Source of the DNA: an uncultured virus (IMG/VR IMGVR_UViG_3300010348_001898)
Lineage: Duplodnaviria; Heunggongvirae; Uroviricota; Caudoviricetes
DNA: 20,000 nt
Virus record (IMG/VR): IMGVR_UViG_3300010348_001898
Span: 56,686 to 76,685 of that record
Reading direction: 5' to 3' (one strand)
The notes under the pieces are model-generated. The model did no database searches, was not told the origin of the DNA, and saw only the letters and a program-made list of their open reading frames with translations. Below are positions 1 through 8,110 of the stretch, in pieces. Every line of letters begins with the position of its first letter. Position 1 is the stretch's first letter. The position numbers were made by a program, and so were the translations under genes.

Positions 1-1
1 G

Positions 2-757
2 AAAGATGTAGATATTAAGAAAGCAAATATCGAAAGATATATGAAGTTAATAGCGGATAGAATGAAGATTCAAAATATATCCGATATATCTAATTTGACA
101 AAATTATCTACTAAACTTATTTGTGGTGATTTTGCTGCTTATCGATTAAATTATAATACAAGTGCTGCTATTGATAGACTTAATACAATATCTTCTTATT
201 TGTTTAAGGTGATAAAAATGTATAAGAAGGGAGAAAGAGCTAATAATTTAGAAGAAGTTATGGTTAGCTATGATTTCAAAAATAGTATAGAAAGAGTTAA
301 CTATGAAATTTCTGAGGGACTAAAGATTGCAAGTAGTGCTAGAACCTTCTATATTGATAGATTAGATAGAGTTAGAGAGTATATTAATAGTGAAGATGAT
401 GAAGAACTTAAAACTAAAGCTCTTAAGGTTTTAAGTAATATTGATAGACTTTCTAAAGAGATTAATAGCTATATTAGTATCTTTGAAGTAAGAAATTTAG
501 AAGATGTTGAGTTATTATATCAAGAATTATCAATGGTTTTTGATTTACTTAGATCAGAGCGTGTTGGCTTAAGAACTCTTGATGGATTCTTTGATAGAAT
601 GAGACCACAAAGCTCTTATAATGAACCTAATTATATTTGGGTAAGATTAAAAGAGAAGCGTGACTACTATGGTAATATTAATAACAACATTAATTATTTA
701 ATTAATATTTTAAGAAAAAAACAATCTTTAGCAACAAGAGAGTTTGATGAAGAATAA
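2..757 (+). CDS. Hypothetical protein, C-terminal part (5'-truncated by window edge)
   Basis: The frame is open from position 2 (AAA GAT GTA GAT ATT...) through the ATG at 41 to TAA at 755-757, so the true start probably lies upstream. Looks helical, with no recognisable motif. Confidence 0.7.
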   Translation, partial: KDVDIKKANIERYMKLIADRMKIQNISDISNLTKLSTKLICGDFAAYRLNYNTSAAIDRLNTISSYLFKVIKMYKKGERANNLEEVMVSYDFKNSIERVNYEISEGLKIASSARTFYIDRLDRVREYINSEDDEELKTKALKVLSNIDRLSKEINSYISIFEVRNLEDVELLYQELSMVFDLLRSERVGLRTLDGFFDRMRPQSSYNEPNYIWVRLKEKRDYYGNINNNINYLINILRKKQSLATREFDEE

Positions 758-762
758 AATAG

Positions 763-792
763 AAAATCTTATCTTTTTGATAAGATTTTTTT
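763..792 (+). terminator. Rho-independent terminator
   Basis: AAAATCTTATC (763-773) / TTTTT loop / GATAAGATTTT (779-789) followed by T run, just after the stop at 757. Confidence 0.7.
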
Positions 793-799
793 ATATATA
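792..799 (+). promoter_or_regulatory. Putative late promoter core TATATATA
   Basis: One mismatch from the T4 late promoter TATAAATA, ending 5 nt before the ATG at 805. Recurs upstream of most genes in the window. Confidence 0.6.
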
Positions 800-804
800 G
801 TAAT

Positions 805-1416
805 ATGAGATATATTAGAGAATACAATACTTTCGGTTCAACTTTAATAATAGTTGACGTACAAAAATCATTCAAAAAGTTTTTTACTGTTATGTACTTA
901 AATGAATTAAATAAGTATTGTAAACAGTTCTCAGAAGTTTATCAAATATGGGATAACCACGTGGATGGTAAAAATGTAGATAAAGATTACTTATATGATG
1001 ACAATCCTGATATTCCAGTACATAATGATTTATATAGATTTCCTAATCAAAAAGACTTAATAGAAAAAAGATATAATTATGATGTAGATGTTGATTTCTA
1101 TAAAAAAATTCTATCAAAAGAAGTTTATCAAGACGCAAAATCTAAAGAAGAAATTAATCAATTAAAAAGAGGTGACTTCTTTGAAACAAAAGAAGGAACT
1201 TACATTATCTATATTGGTAATAATCATAAATGGTATCATTTACCAAAAAAGCTTTATGATTTATTCCAAAGACTAAGAGGTAAAGAAGTTACAATGGTTG
1301 GTGGTTCTGATTCAGAATGTTTCTTAGATGTTGAAACCGCTGCTAAAGTATTTGGTGTAAATGTTAAAAGAAACTTCAAGTTTATATACAGTGCTAATCA
1401 CTGTCCTATAAAGTAG
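805..1416 (+). CDS. Isochorismatase/cysteine-hydrolase-like protein
   Basis: N-terminal LIIVDVQ (catalytic Asp motif), IEK (candidate Lys) and VTMVGGSDSECF (GxxxxxC with catalytic Cys) match the cysteine hydrolase superfamily layout. Confidence 0.65.
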   Translation: MRYIREYNTFGSTLIIVDVQKSFKKFFTVMYLNELNKYCKQFSEVYQIWDNHVDGKNVDKDYLYDDNPDIPVHNDLYRFPNQKDLIEKRYNYDVDVDFYKKILSKEVYQDAKSKEEINQLKRGDFFETKEGTYIIYIGNNHKWYHLPKKLYDLFQRLRGKEVTMVGGSDSECFLDVETAAKVFGVNVKRNFKFIYSANHCPIK

Positions 1417-2464
1417 CTGTATCTGATATAAACTTATAAAGTTTTTTCAAGTATTCTCTTCTCTTAAAGTTTTTATCAGTCATTAAAGTAGCAACATAGC
1501 AAAAATAGTAAAGTTTATCTATCAAAACATCTTTTGGTATATCACCACCCGGATATCTAAACTCTACATAATTATATCCACTAATTCTGGTTACATTGAA
1601 TCCAAAATTTTTATACCCAAACTCATTCATTAGTTTCAATACATAGTTGCTTAATTCATCTTCAGTAGATTTTATATCAGAGAAGCTGGTTGCTTTCATT
1701 ATTTTGCTTGAGTCTAACTCTTTTTTAAGTACTGGTAGTATTGATTTTGTATAAAATGACTTTTGTCTCCATTTCATATTCTTAAATGTGAAAGCAGTTT
1801 CACCATAGTCTGAAATCATTAAGATTCCTTTAATTATATTCCAATCTACTTTCTTTGTGAATCCAATATTGATATGAATACCAGTTCTTTCATTCATAAA
1901 CCAATATTTTTGATTATTGTAATCTTTGTAGAAATCTTCAATTAGTTCGATAGTATCTTCTATACCAACTAAGTAAGTATTCATAGAGAATTCAATACCT
2001 CTTTTTAATGTATTGTCTAACTCAAATTTTATTTCAGAGTTCCATTTTTTGTAAAAGTTAGGAAGATTTATCTTAAAGTTTTCAATTAAGTAATCGATAT
2101 TATCTGAGATCATATAAGTCATATAATCTGCTTGTAAAACTTGTATAAGTTTATTAGCAAAGCCAGTTGGATATTCATCTAAATATTCCTCAAATAGATC
2201 AATATTTTCATCAACATCTTCAAAATCTAAAGTATCAATTATTTCATCTACAAGATAAAACATATTCTTGTTTGACTTACCTTCATCTTTAATATACTGA
2301 TAAGCATTACCCTTTGCGATTTCAATAAATTTTGCAGGAGAAACTGAATCATCGCTACTTTCCATGTCATCAGTTTCAAGCTCAAATTCTAAAGCTATTG
2401 TAAAGTCATTAGAATGTAACTTAATATAATCTTTATCTTTATTATTAAACTCTAATAGTAACAT
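1406..2464 (-). CDS. Putative amidoligase (COOH-NH2 ligase family)
   Basis: Motifs FTIALEFELE, DNTLKRGIEF, NERTGIHINIG and YVEFRYPGG correspond to the GxExE, DxSL..ExxS, xCGxHxH and VEFR motifs of phage amidoligases. Confidence 0.75.
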   Translation of the reverse strand: MLLLEFNNKDKDYIKLHSNDFTIALEFELETDDMESSDDSVSPAKFIEIAKGNAYQYIKDEGKSNKNMFYLVDEIIDTLDFEDVDENIDLFEEYLDEYPTGFANKLIQVLQADYMTYMISDNIDYLIENFKINLPNFYKKWNSEIKFELDNTLKRGIEFSMNTYLVGIEDTIELIEDFYKDYNNQKYWFMNERTGIHINIGFTKKVDWNIIKGILMISDYGETAFTFKNMKWRQKSFYTKSILPVLKKELDSSKIMKATSFSDIKSTEDELSNYVLKLMNEFGYKNFGFNVTRISGYNYVEFRYPGGDIPKDVLIDKLYYFCYVATLMTDKNFKRREYLKKLYKFISDTATL

Positions 2465-2838
2465 TATGATACAGTTGCATAAATTTGATAGTCAGCTACT
2501 TCAAAGTTGATGACCATATACTCTTGGTATCTTTCAGGATCTTCAAAAAACTCAACAGAGAGCTGATAAGGCACAGAATCAACTTCAGGTATATAATCTG
2601 CTATCTGAGCCATTATCTCACCTTCTATCGCTTCTGATGATAGTCTTGTTTCATATAATAGCTCTGTTAGATTTGCTCCTAAGTTTGGTTCTGATAGAAC
2701 TTCTCCTTTATTAGTAAATATGATCATTTCATATTTTTGTATAATAACTCTAATGACATCATCTTCGATAAGTTCTAACTCACGAAACATTGGATGTCCA
2801 GGATAACAAATATAAAAATCTATAAAATTGTAATTCAT
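2464..2838 (-). CDS. gp25: Baseplate wedge subunit, T4 gp25-like
   Basis: 124 aa. IFTNKGEVLSEPNLGANLTELLYE...IADYIP resembles the gp25 signature TxxGxRxxxPxFGxxLxxLLFE...IxxYEP. Confidence 0.8.
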   Translation of the reverse strand: MNYNFIDFYICYPGHPMFRELELIEDDVIRVIIQKYEMIIFTNKGEVLSEPNLGANLTELLYETRLSSEAIEGEIMAQIADYIPEVDSVPYQLSVEFFEDPERYQEYMVINFEVADYQIYATVS

Positions 2839-2843
2839 GTAGA

Positions 2844-2853
2844 TATATATATA
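2844..2853 (-). promoter_or_regulatory. Putative late promoter core (TA repeat)
   Basis: Minus strand reads TTTATATATATA-TCTAC-ATG, i.e. a 5-nt spacer to the gp25 start. Confidence 0.55.
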
Positions 2854-2858
2854 AATTT

Positions 2859-3566
2859 TTATCCAATATATCTATTACCTTTTGATAAATTTTCATTTGC
2901 CCATAGTGGTTGAAAGTTTGTATGATGATTTAGCTTATAGATCTCTTCAACATTTTTAGCATAGCTTATTGGTATTATATGATCTAAGTGCCAAAGACCA
3001 TGATTAGATAATGTCATTCCCTCTTGAAGTTTTGATTCTATATAATTTCTAAATTCATCCAAAGAGCAACCTAATATTTCTTCTGTCTTTTTATCTTTAG
3101 AATTTTTCAGTGACTGAGATATTCTTTTTCTTATACTTGATGTTAGTTTATATAAAGGATTATTATTTATTCTATCTTTTTCATAATCATTTCTACAACC
3201 ATTACAATGTGAATTTAATTTATCTGGCTTTGAATTATCTTTACCAAAATTTTTCATATCCTTTATCTCTACACACTTTGTGCATAATTTTTCATTTTCT
3301 TTTAGATGTTCTCTAATTATAGAATATTTTAGTATTTTACCATCTAAATTTCTATTACTTTGTTGGTATAATTTCATTTTTTGCAATCTTTCATATCTAT
3401 TTTTATAATGATTTTCTAATGACTTTTTATTTCTTATATCTCTATTTTTTGCGTGATCTATCTTTCTACATTCTTTACACTCTGATCTGAGCTCATCTTT
3501 AGAAGCACTTCTTTTCCCAAAATAGAAACTTTCTTTTTCAACTTTACATATGCAGCAAGTTTTCAT
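2859..3566 (-). CDS. HNH homing endonuclease with two N-terminal zinc-finger repeats
   Basis: Two CxxC...CxxC modules (KTCCICK...ECKEC; KLCTKC...HCNGC) and C-terminal WHLDHIIPIS...LNHHTNFQPLWANENLSK HNH core. Confidence 0.85.
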   Translation of the reverse strand: MKTCCICKVEKESFYFGKRSASKDELRSECKECRKIDHAKNRDIRNKKSLENHYKNRYERLQKMKLYQQSNRNLDGKILKYSIIREHLKENEKLCTKCVEIKDMKNFGKDNSKPDKLNSHCNGCRNDYEKDRINNNPLYKLTSSIRKRISQSLKNSKDKKTEEILGCSLDEFRNYIESKLQEGMTLSNHGLWHLDHIIPISYAKNVEEIYKLNHHTNFQPLWANENLSKGNRYIG

Positions 3567-3581
3567 ATCTATTTTTATTTT

Positions 3582-3595
3582 TATTTATATATTAA
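3582..3595 (-). promoter_or_regulatory. Putative late promoter (TTAATATATAAATA, contains the exact T4 TATAAATA)
   Basis: Minus strand TTTTTTAATATATAAATAAAAATAAAAATAGAT-ATG upstream of the HNH gene. Confidence 0.55.
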
Positions 3596-3643
3596 AAAAT
3601 AAAAATCAATTTCTTCAATAGAATACTCAATTAAAATTAATAT

Positions 3644-4606
3644 TTACAAAAATAATTTTTTTAGTTTTCCCAATAAAGATATGCCAGATATAATTGGATC
3701 TGTTGCAGATTTTAGTATTAAATCATACTCACATACAAGATTTGATACCTCAAATAGTTTATTCACACTTTCTCTTTTCTCTTTTATACACCAATCTATA
3801 AATTGTCTTCCTAATAGATTTATCATAACATCTATTTTATCCGCACCAAAGTTATTCATCAAAAAGTGATAAGTTTGTTCAAAATCATTTTCTTGATATA
3901 GAAAGTTATATAAGTCAAGTTTTACTTTATTTGAGATTGTATTATCTGAACTACCGATAGAACCAGTTTCTAAATAGCTCTGAACTTCAACTAAAGTTGC
4001 TCTAAAATCAGGAAATTTTTTAGTTATTATAGAAACTAAGTCTGTTTTTGGAATCTCTTTATTCTCTGCTACTAAAATATTATTATTAATTCTTTTATAA
4101 ATTTCTTGTTTTAAGAATCTTTCTTCGTCAGAAGATTGACAATCAAAATTAATAGTTTTAATTCTTGATTTAAGTCCATCTGTAATCTTATTGATATGGT
4201 TTGTAGTGATAATAAATCTTACTTTGTTATTATATCTTTCAATAAAAGCTTTGAATGCATCTTGGAAGTTTATAGACACTCTTTCAAACTCATCTAAGAA
4301 AACAAACTTAATATCAGAATCAGTATCCATCATTGGTGTAAACTTACAGAAGTCATCAATTTCATTTCTTAAAATTTCAATAGAGGTGTCCATAGAACAG
4401 TTAAGTTCTAAGAAAGGTGTTTCTTTATGATATTTACCGACTAAAATTCTTGCTAAACTGGTTTTACCTGTTCCATAGTGACCATAGAATATATAGTGTT
4501 GATTTACACCACTCTCAAATTCTTTTCTGATCCTTGGTAAAAGTATTATATCTTCGTAGTTTTTGGGTCTCCATTTCTCCCATAATAATAATTTATTTAC
4601 TGACAT
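3644..4606 (-). CDS. gp44: Sliding-clamp loader AAA+ subunit (T4 gp44 / RFC small-subunit-like)
   Basis: WEKWRPK N-terminal motif, Walker A GHYGTGKTS, LELNCS, Walker B FLDEFE, RFIITTN sensor 1, and LKSR arginine finger. Confidence 0.9.
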   Translation of the reverse strand: MSVNKLLLWEKWRPKNYEDIILLPRIRKEFESGVNQHYIFYGHYGTGKTSLARILVGKYHKETPFLELNCSMDTSIEILRNEIDDFCKFTPMMDTDSDIKFVFLDEFERVSINFQDAFKAFIERYNNKVRFIITTNHINKITDGLKSRIKTINFDCQSSDEERFLKQEIYKRINNNILVAENKEIPKTDLVSIITKKFPDFRATLVEVQSYLETGSIGSSDNTISNKVKLDLYNFLYQENDFEQTYHFLMNNFGADKIDVMINLLGRQFIDWCIKEKRESVNKLFEVSNLVCEYDLILKSATDPIISGISLLGKLKKLFL

Positions 4607-4653
4607 ATTTATCTCATTTTCTTAATGAGTATATCTAAAATTATCAAAAAAGT

Positions 4654-5208
4654 TTATATTTCTGGATAACCAACCAAGTATTCTTCTTCTGTTGTTTCAC
4701 CATCTGCTAAAGTTCTTGTGTAAATACCATCACCTAACCAATTTATCTTAGAGTTTGGAAAAATTTTCTTAACAACATTATATTCGTTTCTTTTACATCC
4801 TGTGCTTATCAAAAGTTCTGCAGGTCTTCCAGACACTTCTATCCAGAATCCTTTTTTATGTAAAAGATTTGATAGTTGCCTCATTAGCTCTTTTCTTGCT
4901 TCTTTTGAGCCATCGTGACCCCATCCTGATATTTTATGACCGTGTGATTTTCTTGAGAATATAACAACATCTGCATTAGGATCTCTATCTATATCAACTG
5001 CAGTCCAGAAAGTTAAATCTGGATCATTTACAACAGCATCTGGTGATGATATTCTAACGTGACCACCAAGAGGTTTATAAGCCAAATCTACAATCTCCCA
5101 TATTTCTTTTTTTAGCTTAGCCCTATCTTCTATAGAAAGCTCAACCCATTGATTTTTATCGAATAGATCAGAGAATGTAAAATCTTCAAATATTTTTAAG
5201 TATTTCAT
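4654..5208 (-). CDS. Conserved hypothetical phage protein, possibly head-packaged
   Basis: 184 aa. IWEIVDLAYKPLGG, GHDGS and EVSG motifs recall a hypothetical family of T4-like phages (from memory, not searched). N-terminus MKYLKIFEDF. Confidence 0.6.
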   Translation of the reverse strand: MKYLKIFEDFTFSDLFDKNQWVELSIEDRAKLKKEIWEIVDLAYKPLGGHVRISSPDAVVNDPDLTFWTAVDIDRDPNADVVIFSRKSHGHKISGWGHDGSKEARKELMRQLSNLLHKKGFWIEVSGRPAELLISTGCKRNEYNVVKKIFPNSKINWLGDGIYTRTLADGETTEEEYLVGYPEI

Positions 5209-5213
5209 ATTTC

Positions 5214-5250
5214 TATATATTAAATAGAGAGATTTGTTTTTTAATATATA
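5214..5250. promoter_or_regulatory. Back-to-back late promoter cores (TTAATATATA on each strand)
   Basis: Minus-strand TTAATATATA at 5223-5214 and plus-strand TTAATATATA at 5241-5250. Each ends exactly 5 nt before its ATG (5208 and 5256). Confidence 0.65.
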
Positions 5251-5255
5251 AATCT

Positions 5256-6134
5256 ATGATTGGAGATAGATTTAATTTTGAAGACGTATTTTTTAGGGAT
5301 TTAACAATTTGTGTTTTAGATACTTTAGAAGGTCAAGTAAAATGGGTAAATAGATTTTCTTCTGGTGATAAATTCGTAGAAGTTCCTTTTTATTACTCAA
5401 TGACAGGAGATGAAAGGTTTTTATTAGATTCTTTTACCGATGATATAGTATCTGGTGATTCTTCTGGAAATGGTAGATATGTCGAATTAAATACTGATAT
5501 TATTCCACGAGGTCACGTTACCTTAAAATCTTTTGCTATACGTTCTGATGAATTTGCTAATCCTAATGTTTGGTTAAGAACAGTTGTAGAAAACGAAACA
5601 GAAATCAGAAAAGTTTTAGGAAGAATTAGAGCTATTCCAGTAACAGTTAGTTATGATTTAGTTATTACACTTGCTAGTGAAATTGATTCTTTTAAGTGTA
5701 GTCAAGCAGTTATGGATACCCTTTGGCTTTATAAGTTTATGTATTTTGAGCATAACTTTATGAATATAGATGCTGTCATTTTAATGCCAGATTCAAATAA
5801 TATAGAAATTACTAGAGATAAAAATTTAACATCTGATAATACTATTAAGATGACTGTTTCCTTTGAAGTTCAAACATATTATCCTGCATTTAGAAAGGAT
5901 AGAGCTGATTTCCCTGGTTATACAAAAGAGAATTCTGGTATGTCCGATTTGAATGGGTATGCACTTGAGGGTGGTTATTCAGACTTTTTCAGTCAACCAG
6001 GTGTTAGTAATGAAGGCTTCTTTGTTACTCCTAAGAGAACTAAGTGGTTTAATAACATTTTAAGAGCAAGAGAAAGAAGCTCAAGGAGATATGATAATCC
6101 TAATGGAGACTTAGGAAATAAAAATAATGATTAA
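5256..6134 (+). CDS. gp15: Tail terminator / sheath stabiliser, T4 gp15-like
   Basis: SGDKFVEVPFYY resembles T4 gp15 SGDKFIRVPITY. IIPRGHVTL (ILPRINLHL) and PVTVSYDLVI (PIKMIYELSI) follow in the same order. Confidence 0.8.
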   Translation: MIGDRFNFEDVFFRDLTICVLDTLEGQVKWVNRFSSGDKFVEVPFYYSMTGDERFLLDSFTDDIVSGDSSGNGRYVELNTDIIPRGHVTLKSFAIRSDEFANPNVWLRTVVENETEIRKVLGRIRAIPVTVSYDLVITLASEIDSFKCSQAVMDTLWLYKFMYFEHNFMNIDAVILMPDSNNIEITRDKNLTSDNTIKMTVSFEVQTYYPAFRKDRADFPGYTKENSGMSDLNGYALEGGYSDFFSQPGVSNEGFFVTPKRTKWFNNILRARERSSRRYDNPNGDLGNKNND

Positions 6135-6166
6135 TATAAAAAAAGGAAAAAAATGACTTTTTTTGC

Positions 6167-6176
6167 TTAATATATA
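6167..6176 (+). promoter_or_regulatory. Putative late promoter core TTAATATATA
   Basis: Same motif, 30 nt upstream of the ATG at 6207. Confidence 0.55.
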
Positions 6177-6206
6177 GTTTATATAAAAAATAATAATATA
6201 GAAATT

Positions 6207-7490
6207 ATGAAGAATCTTAAACTTGAATTGTTTAACTTCAAAAAGGATCTTTCTTTTGAGCAAGAAGAAATATCTGTAATTATAGAAGGTCACTTAAACG
6301 CTACTAATCAGTATAGCGAAAAAACTATAATTACATCTCTTAACGAGAAGTTAAAACCTTATACTTACGATAAAAGTGTTAAAAGTTTATTGGAGGACCT
6401 TAACAATGACATGGCTCAATTTGAATTATTATATGAATTAAAGAATTTATATGGTGTTCTTAATACTAAGAATCAAGGTGAATTGTACAGACAACCAATA
6501 AATGTTTTACTACAAACTATCAATCTTGAGACTGATCAAGATAGAATGTCAAAAATTCTTAATGAATTAGCAGTTTATGACTGGGTTCCAGAAATTAAAG
6601 TGTTTGTTCACAATTTAACGAAATCTCCAGAGAAAAGATCAAATCTTTTAAGTGGTGGTTCTGCAGAGTCTATATTTACTGTTGTTGAGCAAGTTGAAGA
6701 AGGACACATTGCTTTAGTAAAAGATTCTTGGTTTTTATTAACAGAAAACTCAATTGAGAAAACTTTACTTGAGAATCATGTTAAAGATGCACAAGCTTTA
6801 CAAAGTTTAAGATTATTAGAGACAGCTATGAAATATTCTTCTGTATCAGAAGATAGAATCAATTTCAGAATTTCTGAATATTTAACAATTGGTTTATCTG
6901 TTGGTAATAAAGGTGGTCTATACATCAATGATGACGAATTAAATTCTGAAACTACATTAGAAAGTTTATTTAACTCTCCTATTGTTCCAATTGTAAATAA
7001 AAACTTTTATCCAATTTTATTAGAAACTTCTAAAAACTTAGATAAGTTTGTTGAGTTAGATGTTGTTAAAAGAGTTAATAACTTAGTTAACCCATATTTA
7101 GAATTATTTGCTTTCAATTATAAAAATAACACTTTTGTTTACAGATGTGATGAAAGATATGGTAACTCATTCTTCAAATACGAGTCTGCTTTAGAATTAG
7201 TAAATGAAGTAAGAAATGAATTAAACTATGATTTAACTTATTTCTTTGAAAATAAATTAAATAAAGAATTAGTTGTTAAAAGAAAACTTGAAGATAAAGA
7301 AAGAGAAATTACTCTTAAATTAGAAGATGTTCAATTTAATATTGACAAAATCAAAGGTTCATTACAAATGATTGGTGAATCAGAAGTTTTAACAACAGCT
7401 CTTGCTAACTTAGAGAAAAGAAAAACTAGCTTAGGTTCTGAGTTACTTGCAGTAAAAGAACTACAATATAAAGAAAGAATTAAAGCTTAA
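6207..7490 (+). CDS. Hypothetical protein, probable virion/prohead structural protein with C-terminal coiled coil
   Basis: 427 aa, acidic and Leu/Glu-rich, with its own late-type promoter and terminator and a heptad-like C-terminus. No family recognised. Confidence 0.6.
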   Translation: MKNLKLELFNFKKDLSFEQEEISVIIEGHLNATNQYSEKTIITSLNEKLKPYTYDKSVKSLLEDLNNDMAQFELLYELKNLYGVLNTKNQGELYRQPINVLLQTINLETDQDRMSKILNELAVYDWVPEIKVFVHNLTKSPEKRSNLLSGGSAESIFTVVEQVEEGHIALVKDSWFLLTENSIEKTLLENHVKDAQALQSLRLLETAMKYSSVSEDRINFRISEYLTIGLSVGNKGGLYINDDELNSETTLESLFNSPIVPIVNKNFYPILLETSKNLDKFVELDVVKRVNNLVNPYLELFAFNYKNNTFVYRCDERYGNSFFKYESALELVNEVRNELNYDLTYFFENKLNKELVVKRKLEDKEREITLKLEDVQFNIDKIKGSLQMIGESEVLTTALANLEKRKTSLGSELLAVKELQYKERIKA

Positions 7491-7494
7491 TTAT

Positions 7495-7526
7495 AAAAAC
7501 TCAAACGAAAGTTTGAGTTTTTTTTT
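7495..7526 (+). terminator. Rho-independent terminator
   Basis: AAAAACTCAAAC-GAAA-GTTTGAGTTTTT plus T run: perfect stem, GNRA tetraloop, immediately after the stop at 7490. Confidence 0.9.
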
Positions 7527-7614
7527 ACTTATGATAAACTTTTAATAATTGATATATATAACATGAATAAATAGCTTTTAAGAGTTAATAACTCTAAAAA
7601 AATAAATAGCTATT

Positions 7615-7980
7615 ATGTACTTAAATAATAAAGAACTTTATATAGAAATAATCGTAAGCAAAGCTCAAGGTAGATTAACAAGAAACGCAGAAAAAATGTT
7701 AGAACTACTAGCTAAAAAAACTATTAAAAAAATGCGTTATTACTCCAACGATGACAAGTTAGATTGCTACCAAAGTGGTTTATTAGATATGTTTCAAAAC
7801 TGGTATAATTTTAATGAAGAAAAATCAATAAATGCTTTTGCTTATTTTACAGAGATATTCAAAAGAGGTTTAGCTAAAGGATGGAATGACCTTTATAAGA
7901 AAAAAGGTGATAATGAACATCAAATAAAATTAATATCAATCGAAAGTTCAAATGATGGTAACGGGTTGCACTCAATCTAA
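7615..7980 (+). CDS. gp55: Late-transcription sigma factor, T4 gp55-like
   Basis: YLNNKEL N-terminus and NFNEEKSINAFAYFTEI match gp55 YVNNKEL and NFDETKYKNPHAYITQ. Only 121 aa. Confidence 0.85.
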   Translation: MYLNNKELYIEIIVSKAQGRLTRNAEKMLELLAKKTIKKMRYYSNDDKLDCYQSGLLDMFQNWYNFNEEKSINAFAYFTEIFKRGLAKGWNDLYKKKGDNEHQIKLISIESSNDGNGLHSI

Positions 7981-8110
7981 TTTAGATTTATTTACTTATG
8001 ACTTAGTTATGCCACCTGGCTTAGAATCTGTATCAATTCGTAACATTTTCAAAAGTCACAATAGAATTAATATTAGAAAAAGAAAAATCAAAAGAATACT
8101 AAATGAATAA
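7952..8110 (+). CDS. Small hypothetical protein (52 aa, below the ORF-track cutoff)
   Basis: MMVTGCTQSNLDLFTYDLVMPPGLESVSIRNIFKSHNRINIRKRKIKRILNE*. Fills the apparent gap and overlaps the next start by ATGAATAA. Alternative start at 8009. Confidence 0.5.
   Translation: MMVTGCTQSNLDLFTYDLVMPPGLESVSIRNIFKSHNRINIRKRKIKRILNE

Noticed and set aside
3110..4430. Plus-strand ORFs 3110-3316, 3681-3869 and 4191-4430
   Set aside because: Antisense shadows of the HNH and clamp-loader genes, with no motifs.
6111..6293. 60-aa minus-strand ORF
   Set aside because: Low-complexity shadow across an AT-rich promoter region, overlapping two real genes.
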